A DNA stretch of 63,904 nucleotides, filler included, from an uncultured bacterium (GCA_964449065.1; 4 parts of 4 records of this genome joined end to end with filler, not necessarily neighbours in it); one strand, 5' to 3'. Positions 1 to 8,697 are shown, counted from the whole stretch's first letter. Notes: generated by a model from the sequence alone, not told the origin. Numbers and translations are program-made.

Positions 1-408
1 TCGCAAATGCTGCTCAATAAGGGTGAGTTCAACGGGACACGCATCTTAAAAGAAGAATCCATCGATTTGATGCTGACACCGCAATATGACGGCAACACCT
101 TTGAAGACGGCACCAGCTTTTTAACCAAGCGCAAGCAACTGTTGGGATGGTGGGGGATGGATGAGGCGGTCTCGCTGAATTACATGGGAGGATTGCCTTC
201 GAAAAGCGCCTACAGCCATACCGGTTTTACCGGCACGGCGATTTGCGTTGATCCGGAGCATAACTGTGCCGCGATTCTTCTATCGAACGCGGTACATCCG
301 CGGCGGGCGGAAGCACAGAAGTCGCAGTTGCGGCGGGATTTTTTTCATAACATCAGCAAAGCGCTGGTGGGTGAAGAGAGGGTGAATATCATTCCACCTT
401 CGGATTAA
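1..408 (+). CDS. Serine hydrolase, beta-lactamase class C family (C-terminal part; 5' end outside window)
   Basis: Frame is open from base 1. MLLNKGEFNGTRIL and HTGFTGT...VDPE...ILLSNAVHP are typical C-terminal motifs of this family. Confidence 0.8.
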   Translation, partial: SQMLLNKGEFNGTRILKEESIDLMLTPQYDGNTFEDGTSFLTKRKQLLGWWGMDEAVSLNYMGGLPSKSAYSHTGFTGTAICVDPEHNCAAILLSNAVHPRRAEAQKSQLRRDFFHNISKALVGEERVNIIPPSD

Positions 409-422
409 TAGAGTTTCCTATT

Positions 423-845
423 TTATTGATTATTATTTTCCTCAAGTTTTAGTTTCTCTAACGTTAAGCTGCGGAGGGTATTAAGAGTGGTTTTGGATTG
501 GTGAAATAATTGGGTAACTTCTGTTTCATCTAACTCAACAAAATCAGCGTAATCCCCTTTAGAACGCAATTCAAACACCTTGTTGAATACAGTTCCCATT
601 TCTATAGAAATGATACCTGGGTGAACCAGATTTTTATTGAACCAAGACCTCAACCCCGTATGCTTTGATGTGTGAAAATCATGCGCAGATGCTAATGCAC
701 TGACAGAGTAAAATAAAGCGTAATATAACCGATTCACTGTGCTTTGCAGTGAATGATTGTTTAACAGTATTTCAGCGTCTTTAAATGTGTTAGCTGCCCG
801 TTCTAGCCTGTAGAGGCTGATGTTTCGGTTATCTTCTGGAGTCAC
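423..845 (-). CDS. HEPN domain protein (UPF0332-like), partner of MNT
   Basis: NRLYYALFY, SKHTG and R-x4-Y (RSKGDY) motifs. GTG start overlaps the MNT stop (GTGA). Confidence 0.85.
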   Translation of the reverse strand: MTPEDNRNISLYRLERAANTFKDAEILLNNHSLQSTVNRLYYALFYSVSALASAHDFHTSKHTGLRSWFNKNLVHPGIISIEMGTVFNKVFELRSKGDYADFVELDETEVTQLFHQSKTTLNTLRSLTLEKLKLEENNNQ

Positions 846-1165
846 ACCGGTATTCCTTCAGTCATAACGTTTTGCATAAATGGAGTTCTACCGTGAATGG
901 TATGTAAAATATCCTCTTCAGAGAAAACTTTCACGTTCAGAATTACGTCATAAGCAAGATCAATGTTGTACGCCAAATCCCAAATGGTGAATTCTAATTG
1001 CCAATCCACTTTGCCGGATAAGGTAACCAGAATATCAATATCGGATTCCGGAGTATGTTCGCCCCGGGCGTATGAGCCAAACACGGTAAACCGCACCACT
1101 CGGCTTCCAAATTGTTCAAATAGTTTTTGTTTAAAAGCATGTATGGCAGGGTGAATGGAATTCAA
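842..1165 (-). CDS. Minimal nucleotidyltransferase (MNT), antitoxin of MNT-HEPN pair
   Basis: GS-x10-DxD motif (FGSYARGEHTPESDIDILV). TTG start preceded by AAGGA. Confidence 0.88.
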   Translation of the reverse strand: MNSIHPAIHAFKQKLFEQFGSRVVRFTVFGSYARGEHTPESDIDILVTLSGKVDWQLEFTIWDLAYNIDLAYDVILNVKVFSEEDILHTIHGRTPFMQNVMTEGIPV

Positions 1166-1299
1166 CTGATGTTCCTTTAAGTATGAGTTTAGTCTATAGT
1201 GTAAACGGTGTTGTGGATGTGTAAAGCGTAAATTTATTCAATAAAATTAAGTCATTAATAAAATCTCATAGAGAATTGATCACAGAAGAATGGAACACT

Positions 1300-1446
1300 A
1301 TGACAAATCATAACAAACAGAATCTTTTATACTTTGAAGGAACATCTATGCGGGAGCTTTATCATTGCGTGGACAAATGGCAAAACGACAATCAAAAACG
1401 GCTTCTCTCAACCAATATACAAAAAGACGGCGACATGAGCCATTAG
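1300..1446 (+). pseudogene. Short, probably truncated hypothetical protein (48 aa, MTNHNKQNLLYFEGTSMRELY...IQKDGDMSH)
   Basis: Hand translation. Protein-like ORF that ends where the vapC relic on the opposite strand ends. Confidence 0.35.
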
Positions 1447-1464
1447 AAGCAGGGGGGATTCAAT

Positions 1465-1604
1465 TCGATCATCTGGAATCTACCTTTAGTTAATGCCATT
1501 TTCAATATTTCTATATGATGAAATGCGACCGAGACTTCGGTATATCTAATCTGATTGATGTATAAGTTAGAATGTGTACTGATTTCATTTCATGCCGATT
1601 CAGA
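1465..1604 (-). pseudogene. Internal fragment of a second vapC (PIN) paralog
   Basis: Gap-free alignment to 2369-2508 (offset 904). Translates YINQIRYTEVSVAFHHIEILKMALTKGRFQMIE versus YINPIVYSEVSVGFHKIEILESALAKGGFQMID. Confidence 0.8.
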
Positions 1605-1624
1605 ACATCATATAGAAAAGTATA

Positions 1625-1653
1625 TTGCTATTTTGATCTCATCAACGTATAAT
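1625..1653 (+). promoter_or_regulatory. Sigma70-like promoter for hicBA
   Basis: TTGCTA (1625-1630), 17 nt spacer, TATAAT (1648-1653), about 30 nt upstream of the hicB ATG. Confidence 0.55.
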
Positions 1654-1682
1654 TAGGAATGCAATAAAGACAAGGGGTCAAT

Positions 1683-1922
1683 ATGAAATATCAATACGAA
1701 GTGATCTATGAGCCTTTAGAAGAAGGTGGATTCAATATAGTCGTTCCTTCCATACCGGAGATTTGCACATTTGGAGAGACCCTGGGGGAAGCCAAAGAGA
1801 TGGCAGAAGATGCACTGCGTTGTTATTTGGAAAGTGCTCAGATGTTGGGAGAAGAGATTCCCAGCAATGACAACCAAAATCCCAACAAAGAATTTATCAC
1901 CATAGAACTTGCCATGACATAA
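1683..1922 (+). CDS. hicB: HicB-family antitoxin
   Basis: EEGGFNIVVPSIPEICTFGETLGEAKEMAEDAL is the typical HicB RNase H-like fold. Stop overlaps the hicA start (TAATG). Confidence 0.88.
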   Translation: MKYQYEVIYEPLEEGGFNIVVPSIPEICTFGETLGEAKEMAEDALRCYLESAQMLGEEIPSNDNQNPNKEFITIELAMT

Positions 1923-2149
1923 TGCCGAAATTCCCGGTTTTAAAACCTTATGAAGTCGTTCGAGCGCTGCAAAGGGCAGGCTTTATACTTCATCACCAAA
2001 CGGGAAGCCATGCAAGACTGATTCATAAGACAGATGCCACCCATAAGGCAACGATCCCCATGCATAACAAGGATATCCCGAAAGGAACACTATCGAACAT
2101 CTTAAGACAATCAGGATTTTCGGTAGATGAGTTTCTTTCATTGTTATGA
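1922..2149 (+). CDS. hicA: HicA-family mRNA interferase toxin
   Basis: GF...QTGSH motif and IPMHNKDIPKGTLSNIL. Confidence 0.9.
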   Translation: MPKFPVLKPYEVVRALQRAGFILHHQTGSHARLIHKTDATHKATIPMHNKDIPKGTLSNILRQSGFSVDEFLSLL

Positions 2150-2172
2150 TTACACATTGGTCGCCTTTAATC

Positions 2173-2580
2173 TCAATTGGGGCAGATCAAATCGACGGTC
2201 GGAAAGTACGTTTTATATCTTGTCGTGTCTCTCGTAACTAAATCCAGACCGAGAACTGCAGCTTGTGCACCGATATAGAAATCGGGCAGGGGTGAACTTT
2301 TTGTTCCTTTGCTTTTTTTATATTTCATAAAAACCTTACCCGCGAAAAAGAGCGCTTCTTTTGGAATATCTATCATCTGGAATCCTCCCTTTGCCAAAGC
2401 GGATTCCAGTATCTCGATCTTGTGAAATCCAACAGATACTTCAGAATAAACGATAGGGTTGATGTATAAGTTAGAATGTGTACTGATTTCATTTCATGCC
2501 GTTTCAGACCACTCGACCCAATACGGGTCTTCAAGAAAAATATCTAAAATCACGTTTGAGTCTACTAAAACACCGTTCAT
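2173..2580 (-). pseudogene. vapC: VapC/PIN toxin with an in-frame TGA at codon 29 (2494-2496)
   Basis: Hand translation from ATG 2580: MNGVLVDSNVILDIFLEDPYWVEWSETA*NEISTHSNLYINPIVYSEVS...LPDFYIGAQAAVLGLDLVTRD. PIN acidic motifs are all in one frame. ATGA overlap with the antitoxin. Confidence 0.88.
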
Positions 2581-2804
2581 TTTTTATCCCTGGTCAACGC
2601 CATAATTTCATCCGTTGTCATTTTTACGGTGGCGATACCCCGCAGACTTTTAAATCGGCGCGTTGGATTGTTACGACTTTTTTTCTTGACGATATATACA
2701 CGTTCACCATCTTCCACAAAATCGATTTCTGTTGCAGGCGTAATTCCCATCTTATCGCGAATGTGCCGCGGAATGGTTACTTGCCCTTTCGTTGTTACTC
2801 TCAT
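2577..2804 (-). CDS. AbrB/MazE/SpoVT-family antitoxin (VapB-type)
   Basis: MRVTTKGQVTIPRHIRDKMGI swapped-hairpin signature. GGAGAG RBS before ATG 2804. Confidence 0.88.
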   Translation of the reverse strand: MRVTTKGQVTIPRHIRDKMGITPATEIDFVEDGERVYIVKKKSRNNPTRRFKSLRGIATVKMTTDEIMALTRDKK

Positions 2805-2817
2805 GAGATGCTCTCCA

Positions 2818-2845
2818 GTAATGGTATTACTCGTAATAGAATTAC
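2818..2845. promoter_or_regulatory. Tandem palindromic operators upstream of vapBC
   Basis: GTAAT-ggt-ATTAC (2818-2830) and GTAAT-aga-ATTAC (2833-2845), 14-41 nt upstream of the antitoxin start. Confidence 0.6.
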
Positions 2846-3015
2846 AAATTTTTTTCTGGGTCAAATGGTTTTTACGATTTTTCTTATAGCAGTTGATTTC
2901 TTTTGCCGATCACCAGCCTGTTACGTTCCAGCTGAATTTCGTCTGTTTACTTTCATCCATCTTTCATACATATAGAGAACGTATTTCGCATTACAATCAG
3001 GGAAACCGCAAGTTC

Positions 3016-3339
3016 TTAGAACAGGATTCCCTCATCCTTATCCATGTCCTTTTCGCCATCCAAGGGAACATACATATAGCACGAAAATTCGTCGCTATCC
3101 GCCTGGTCAAGGCGGTTNNNNNNNNNNNNNNNNNNNNNNNNNNNNNNNNNNNNNNNNNNNNNNNNNNNNNNNNNNNNNNNNNNNNNNNNNNNNNNNNNNN
3201 NNNNNNNNNNNNNNNNNAGGGAACATACATATAGCACGAAAATTCGTCGCTATCCGCCTGGTCAAGGCGGTTCAAAAGGCATTTTTATGAAATCGGGATT
3301 CAATTCAGTCCCGTCATCGTCAAAATAGTGTAGTGCCAT
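3016..3339 (-). pseudogene. Small hypothetical protein broken by a frameshift/deletion and an assembly gap
   Basis: AGGAGG RBS then MALHYFDDDGTELNPDFIKMP. A different frame continues LNRLDQADSDEFSCYMYVP...GILF. An N gap lies inside. Confidence 0.35.
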
Positions 3340-3496
3340 TCTTCGCCTCCTGATGAATGAAATGCGTTTGTTATGAGTAAGTTGTATCCGGTTGAACGAT
3401 TTAGGGAATTCTTGGAATTCGTTCAACGTTTGGATATCCTAAATAATTATTGCTGATAAAATAGCAAATAACCCCTTTAAACAAAATGGGAATTGA

Positions 3497-4375
3497 ATGG
3501 CTTCGATATCAAACAAGTTAAAAAAGAAATTTTCGTCAAATCGCAAATCCAAAGTAATTTCCTTTGCGGATGTTCAAGAAGAACAACTGCAAGTGGAGGA
3601 GATCCTACATAGCATCAAGACTCCGGACAAATTAAAAGATATGGATCCCCTCCATGCCGTTCACGTCACCATGCAGAATCTCATGTCGGTATTTGCTGAA
3701 CACGTTTCTGCCGAGCCTGAATTGGATGAATACTATAAAAAAATTGGCAAGTTGGAAGATGTTATGCTCCCTGGATACCCACCCATCAGTCCCATAACGA
3801 CCTCTTTTTTCACCTTGTGGACGTTTTATGATTTCGGCTTCGGAAACCCCAAAGAAACCATGGGAACCCTTCTCTTGAAGGTGGCGAAGCCACTTGGCTT
3901 TCCGGATGACTGGATTTTAATTTTGAAGATTCAAAACAATTCCCACATGGGTATATACGAGCATTGTGGATTTGATAACAGCAAGATCATGCTGCAAGAT
4001 ATTATCACAGGCAATCAATTCAAATGTATTTGCCCATCGGGATATTCCGGGAACCAAGGCGAATTGTGGTTTGTCCGATTGGTAAAGAGTCCACATTCAA
4101 TTCTCGATTATGTGGTGGCTTTTACTACACCTTATGTGTTGCAAAACCATGGAAAAGACGAATGGTTGAAATTCTTCGCTAGAAACCGAATCAAACCCAA
4201 CGATTCAAGTCTCGAAAGAAAATACAAAGCGTTTATGAAAGAGGGGAATTCACTGGGATATTGGCATAACTATATTCTTGATGCCTACAATGGCTGCAAA
4301 CAGGATGTAATTTTCCTTACCGGCATTCCCGGTCGAAAAGAAACCCTTCCGCATAGCAATCATGGTAACGATTGA
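3497..4375 (+). CDS. Hypothetical protein (292 aa)
   Basis: Long ORF with globular composition. No motif confidently recognised. Confidence 0.75.
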   Translation: MASISNKLKKKFSSNRKSKVISFADVQEEQLQVEEILHSIKTPDKLKDMDPLHAVHVTMQNLMSVFAEHVSAEPELDEYYKKIGKLEDVMLPGYPPISPITTSFFTLWTFYDFGFGNPKETMGTLLLKVAKPLGFPDDWILILKIQNNSHMGIYEHCGFDNSKIMLQDIITGNQFKCICPSGYSGNQGELWFVRLVKSPHSILDYVVAFTTPYVLQNHGKDEWLKFFARNRIKPNDSSLERKYKAFMKEGNSLGYWHNYILDAYNGCKQDVIFLTGIPGRKETLPHSNHGND

Positions 4376-4674
4376 TCTGGATTATCCCGAATCGGTTTGG
4401 GGATCGTGATAAGTCCTTTTTTTACCTTTTTTTACCCACCATCATCATATCATTTTCAATCCATTATTATCCTATCCAGGATCATGCTTTGCCGCTATAT
4501 CCCAACACGAAAATTAACGGAAAATAGGAATGAAGAGCCGGTCAAATTTTCTTCAAAAGGCTTGATAGAGAAGGCATTTGGGTTATGGTTTGCTATTGTA
4601 TGCGATTGCGATGAATTGGAATGATATTTTTTTAAACGACTCACAAAAATATATGCGGGAGAAGGAGAATATCC

Positions 4675-5712
4675 ATGGCGAACGCTTGTTTTCATGCCAG
4701 TATCGAAGGCGCGCAACACGGTCCAAAGGGGTTAGACGGCTTTTTGGATTTCGCGAAACAATCCGGCGCGGCCGGTGCACAACCCTCCAACTATATGCTG
4801 GAAGACGGCCACGGCGGTTTTAAGAGTGCACAAGAAATTAAAACCGCATTTCAACAACGGGGATTAAAATTCGACGGGATTTCGATGCACTGCCCGTTTT
4901 GGGTTCATACCTCGGCATGGACTGAAACCAAAACCATCCGCCCGTTTTTGCCGGGGGATGTGGCTGCCCGGTCTGCCAACGAAATTGAGAAGTGGATTGA
5001 AGACTATCTGCTGAAAGCGCTGGATCTTGCGGCGGAATGCGGCATTAAGATCGTCCCGATGTTTTGGGGTGTCACGCACGGTTGGGAACTGGCCGGCGGG
5101 TATCCGTGGGGCTTTTTTGCCGGTCCGGATTATGACTTGGTCAAAGAAGGCAATGAGCGCTTTGTTGCCAAAACCGAAAAGATACGCAAGCATGCCAATT
5201 CATTGGGGATTTATTTGGCGCATGAAATTCACCCTGGAACGGCGGCGGTTTGCGCGGATGACTTTAACATGATTGTCGATGCGTGTAACGGAGATAAATG
5301 CTTGACTGTGAATGTAGACCCATCGCACTGCTGGGAAGGCGAAGATTGGGAAACCCGGTTTTTGAAAGTGGCCGACCGGTGCTATGGCTGCCACGTGAAG
5401 AACCACACGGTTCGTCCGGGATTTCCGCTGCGCAGCATGGAAGGCGATTGGCAAAAGCGTGCCATGCAGTTTACCGATTTATCCACGGGCGATTTGAATT
5501 TAACCCGCTATGTGGAATTGATGATTCATGTTGGGTATGTACATAAGTATTGCAGTATCATGGGAACCGATTCCGCCCCGCTGGTTGTGGAAGCCGAAAG
5601 CGCCTACCGCGATTTGGATGCCACCAGCGCGAACGGAATACAGTACACACGCGACCATTTGTGTTTCGCGGCGGCATCGGGCTCATTTGAAGACGGCATG
5701 GGCGCCGACTAA
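4675..5712 (+). CDS. Sugar phosphate isomerase/epimerase (xylose isomerase-like TIM barrel)
   Basis: Metal-ligand motifs HEIHPG, DPSH, CHVKN and VEAE. AAGGAG RBS. Confidence 0.85.
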   Translation: MANACFHASIEGAQHGPKGLDGFLDFAKQSGAAGAQPSNYMLEDGHGGFKSAQEIKTAFQQRGLKFDGISMHCPFWVHTSAWTETKTIRPFLPGDVAARSANEIEKWIEDYLLKALDLAAECGIKIVPMFWGVTHGWELAGGYPWGFFAGPDYDLVKEGNERFVAKTEKIRKHANSLGIYLAHEIHPGTAAVCADDFNMIVDACNGDKCLTVNVDPSHCWEGEDWETRFLKVADRCYGCHVKNHTVRPGFPLRSMEGDWQKRAMQFTDLSTGDLNLTRYVELMIHVGYVHKYCSIMGTDSAPLVVEAESAYRDLDATSANGIQYTRDHLCFAAASGSFEDGMGAD

Positions 5713-5734
5713 GAACAAGCCGTATATAAACGAG

Positions 5735-5765
5735 AAAAGGGCGCGGGCAACTGTGCCCTTTTTTT
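5735..5765 (+). terminator. Rho-independent terminator
   Basis: AAAAGGGCGCGG-GCAA-CTGTGCCCTTTTTTT: stem with G-U pairs, GNRA loop and U tract, just after the stop at 5712. Confidence 0.8.
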
Positions 5766-5779
5766 ATAGGAGATACCTT

Positions 5780-5908
5780 ATGGAATTGCTATTATCCTTT
5801 ATTGCGTTTCTCTTTTTTGTAGGATGTATTTATAGTTTGCTGACAAGTTTAAACCGCATTGCCAATGCACTTGAAACGATTGCAAAGAATAGCAAAACTC
5901 ATTCTTGA
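5780..5908 (+). CDS. Small single-TM membrane protein (42 aa)
   Basis: AGGAG RBS. MELLLSFIAFLFFVGCIYSLLTSLNRIANALETIAK is a hydrophobic helix followed by an amphipathic tail. Confidence 0.55.
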   Translation: MELLLSFIAFLFFVGCIYSLLTSLNRIANALETIAKNSKTHS

Positions 5909-5967
5909 GATTTGTCCATTTCAAAAAGAGTATTGTATACTATGTTGTGAGGGACAGGAGGATGATC

Positions 5968-6183
5968 ATGCAGAAAACCATTCAGCAATCTATTAAAATA
6001 AACACCAATGGAGTACTGGAAATTCATTCCGGGGAATTGTGTGAAGGGGATGTAGTAGATGTAACTGTTTCTATTCGATCACAGAATTTTGAAGAAAAAC
6101 CGTTTACCAATATGATCGGTAAGGCGAAAGGATGTTATGAATCTCCTAAAGAGGTCGTCGAATTCATCCGTCAGGAGCGGTAG
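5968..6183 (+). CDS. Small protein resembling antitoxins encoded upstream of PIN toxins (orphan here)
   Basis: AGGAGG RBS. Beta-rich N-terminus (GVLEIHSGELCEGDVVDVTV) and IGKAKGCYESPKEVVEFIRQER tail. Family resemblance is from memory. Confidence 0.55.
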   Translation: MQKTIQQSIKINTNGVLEIHSGELCEGDVVDVTVSIRSQNFEEKPFTNMIGKAKGCYESPKEVVEFIRQER

Positions 6184-6268
6184 GTTTGATCGAATAGCGC
6201 TAAACCATTTTTTATTCTCTATTGTTTTTTAAATCTTGACGCTATAATAACCAGGAAAGGAATGTGTC

Positions 6269-6823
6269 ATGAGCAACAATAGCACGCAAACAAAGCTATC
6301 AACGGCTGATATCGAATCAATTGCCGAGGATATTTTACGCCATCACGGCATTTACTCTGTACCAGTTGATCCCATCGTATTGGCCAATAAAAACGGCATA
6401 AAAGTTAATAATGCAACATTTTCAGATGATAACATATCCGGTATAATTGCGAAGAGAGGTCCTTTATCATCAATTTTAATTAATGAATCTGATTCCCCAT
6501 TTCGTAAACGTTTTACGATTGCTCATGAATTGGGACATCACTTTCTTCATATAGAAGACGAAGGTGAGTTTGTTGATACAATACAGGATTTAATGCGAGA
6601 CTATTCAAATGCAAGTAATCATGTTGATGAGAATAAAAAAATGGAGATTCAAGCCAACCAATTTGCGGCGGCTTTATTGATGCCAAAAGATTTGGTGGAT
6701 GAGTATTACAAAAAAAATAACGATTTGGATTTTTTGTCAAAATGCTTTAATGTTTCAAAAGAAGCCATGGCAATCCGGCTAAACAAATTGAATTTATATC
6801 ATGAACCAACACCAACACATTAG
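6269..6823 (+). CDS. ImmA/IrrE-family (M78) zinc metallopeptidase, no HTH domain
   Basis: RKRFTIAHELGH (HExxH), EIQANQFAAALLMP and FNVSKEAMAIRL. Confidence 0.92.
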   Translation: MSNNSTQTKLSTADIESIAEDILRHHGIYSVPVDPIVLANKNGIKVNNATFSDDNISGIIAKRGPLSSILINESDSPFRKRFTIAHELGHHFLHIEDEGEFVDTIQDLMRDYSNASNHVDENKKMEIQANQFAAALLMPKDLVDEYYKKNNDLDFLSKCFNVSKEAMAIRLNKLNLYHEPTPTH

Positions 6824-7208
6824 CGATGAACTAAAGGATAAAATTAAAGGTATTGGCAAAGAGGTATCTAAAGAAGATATCGATTGCTATAAATCTATTT
6901 CAGAAGCTGAAAACCGAAGAACAAAATTTATTAATATTTTAGATGCGTGGAATACGCAAACGGAACAAGAGCGAAAGTTACGAATTATTTATAGCATTTC
7001 CATTTTATCTTTCCTTGCCCTTCAAATCATCATTGTTAATTTGGCGTTTTTCTTTATTGGATTTGGTTACATCAAGGTAGATCAATGGGTAGCCAATTGT
7101 TTTATCTTATCCGTCTTTGGTGAGATTTCCGCGATTTTCATTATGGTTGTGAATTATTTATTTCCAAAAACTGGAACCGACATTAATCACTTAATTGACA
7201 ATAACTGA
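6801..7208 (+). CDS. Two-transmembrane protein of unknown function
   Basis: Charged helical N-terminus, two hydrophobic segments, YLFPK end. Overlaps the peptidase gene by 23 nt. Confidence 0.75.
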   Translation: MNQHQHISDELKDKIKGIGKEVSKEDIDCYKSISEAENRRTKFINILDAWNTQTEQERKLRIIYSISILSFLALQIIIVNLAFFFIGFGYIKVDQWVANCFILSVFGEISAIFIMVVNYLFPKTGTDINHLIDNN

Positions 7209-7230
7209 TAGACCGGCAAAACGTTCATTC

Positions 7231-7291
7231 TTGTAGATCAGGATTCCAGCCTGCGATTTCATTCAGTGTAGGCAAGATGCCTGCTCTACAA
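7231..7291. repeat. Inverted pair of GTAG-type REP-like sequences
   Basis: TTGTAGATCAGGATTCCAGCCTGC (7231-7254) is an imperfect inverse of GTAGGCAAGATGCCTGCTCTACAA (7268-7291). A related unit lies at 52271-52294. Confidence 0.55.
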
Positions 7292-7377
7292 TGTACGTCA
7301 TCGTGTTATACTCCATTTTCCTTTTTACCGGAGCATCAGTAACTTACATTTTTCAAACGCATTAATAAAGTTCATCT

Positions 7378-8430
7378 ATGAATCCAAACCTGCCGAAACG
7401 TCCTGCGATTCCTCTCTCGTACAATTCGAGTGAAGAGGGGATTTATCTGCATAAGGGGGAGAATCCGTTTCCACCGCCTGCGAAAGTGCTTGCCGCGATG
7501 AATGATGCCGCGCGGGATTGCAACCGCTATCCCGATACCAATGCCGACGTGTTGCGGGAAGCGTTGGCGGCGTATGTCGGGCATGGCATCCAGCCTCATA
7601 ACATCATTGTGGGGAATGGTTCGGATGAGTTGATTGATTTGGCGGTGGTGAGTATGACTCATCCTGATCAATGTGTGGTTACGTATGAGCCCTCGTTTTT
7701 TGTGTATGGATTTTGCGCGGCGCGGCACAGCCGCAAGGTTGTGAAGATTCCGCGTGAATATGATTTTCAATTGCCCGCGTATTCGGCGATACAAATGCAG
7801 ATTCCGAACGACACCGCGCTTACGTTTATCGCGAATCCGAACAATCCCACCGGGACGTTAACTTCGCGGGAGCCATTGCTGGAATACATCCAAAACGCAC
7901 GCGGAAAGATCATCGTCGATGAATGCTATTTTGAGTTTTGCGAAGAAACGGTTGCCGACTTGGTGCATGAGTATCCGCAGTTGATTGTGTTTCGCAGCCT
8001 GTCGAAGAGTTATGGCTTGGCGGGGCTGCGGTTAGGATACGCGGTCGCGCATGAAGAGGTGATCGAGACGTTGAACCGCCATGCAATGACCTTTCCTGTC
8101 AACAGCATCGCGCAGGCGGCGGGGATCGCGGTATTGGAAAATCAAGAGCGGTATACTGAGCATATTGCCTTGTTGAAGGAAGAGCGCGAGAAGATGCGGT
8201 CATGTTTTTTAACCGCTGGATTTATGGTACCGGAATCGGCGGCCAATTTCTTTTTGGTGTTGGACGGTACGGCCAGCCGGGTGGAGGAATTGAAAGCGTT
8301 GTTTGCCGAACATTCCATCTATATTTCCGATCAGAGCAAGAATGTGGGACGGCCGGCTTTGCGGATTGCGGCCGGTACGCCGGAGGAGAATTTTCAGGTG
8401 ATGTCTCTTATTCAGAAAGAGTATCTTTAG
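7378..8430 (+). CDS. hisC: Histidinol-phosphate aminotransferase family (PLP class I/II)
   Basis: NRYPD, GNGSDELI, ANPNNPTG, DECY and SLSKSYGLAGLRLGY motifs. Confidence 0.8.
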   Translation: MNPNLPKRPAIPLSYNSSEEGIYLHKGENPFPPPAKVLAAMNDAARDCNRYPDTNADVLREALAAYVGHGIQPHNIIVGNGSDELIDLAVVSMTHPDQCVVTYEPSFFVYGFCAARHSRKVVKIPREYDFQLPAYSAIQMQIPNDTALTFIANPNNPTGTLTSREPLLEYIQNARGKIIVDECYFEFCEETVADLVHEYPQLIVFRSLSKSYGLAGLRLGYAVAHEEVIETLNRHAMTFPVNSIAQAAGIAVLENQERYTEHIALLKEEREKMRSCFLTAGFMVPESAANFFLVLDGTASRVEELKALFAEHSIYISDQSKNVGRPALRIAAGTPEENFQVMSLIQKEYL

Positions 8431-8439
8431 CCTTTGGTT

Positions 8440-8595
8440 TGATGTGAATCCGGTTACGCTATTTCGTGCTTAATCGAGTATAGCCGGTGGGCTGCCGGAG
8501 ACCGATGATCAGGCCGGCTTAGCTGATATCACGCTTCTAAGATCACCGAATAATCTACGTTGATATAGCGAGCCTACCTGGATGGAATCACATTA
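8440..8595 (+). other. Candidate structured intergenic element (ncRNA or degenerate MITE)
   Basis: Nested complementary segments: TGATGTGA/TCACATTA, CGCTAT/ATAGCG, AGCCGG/CCGGCT. G-U pairs favour the + strand. Confidence 0.35.
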
Positions 8596-8629
8596 ATACG
8601 ATTTGCATGGGTAATGTGTATATCATCAA

Positions 8630-8660
8630 CCCACCCTAACCCTCCCCAAGATTGGGGAGG
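8630..8660. repeat. REP-like hairpin (CCCACCCTAACCCTCCCC...GGGGAGG type)
   Basis: CCTCCCCAA-GA-TTGGGGAGG stem. Same class as the hairpins near 34765, 34920, 51940, 52112 and 63765. Confidence 0.65.
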
Positions 8661-8697
8661 AAATGTTGGTATTTGCAGCGGAAGTGATACGTTTTAG

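Noticed and set aside
2494..2496. TGA recoding (Sec, Trp or Gly) in vapC
   Set aside because: TGA is the normal stop of many genes here (hicA, recO, MNT), the position is not a catalytic Cys site, and no SECIS-like hairpin is evident.
3063..3272. Exact 55-bp direct repeat (3063-3117 and 3218-3272)
   Set aside because: The copies directly flank a 100-N gap and 55 is a common assembler k-mer size, so this is most likely a scaffolding overlap artefact.
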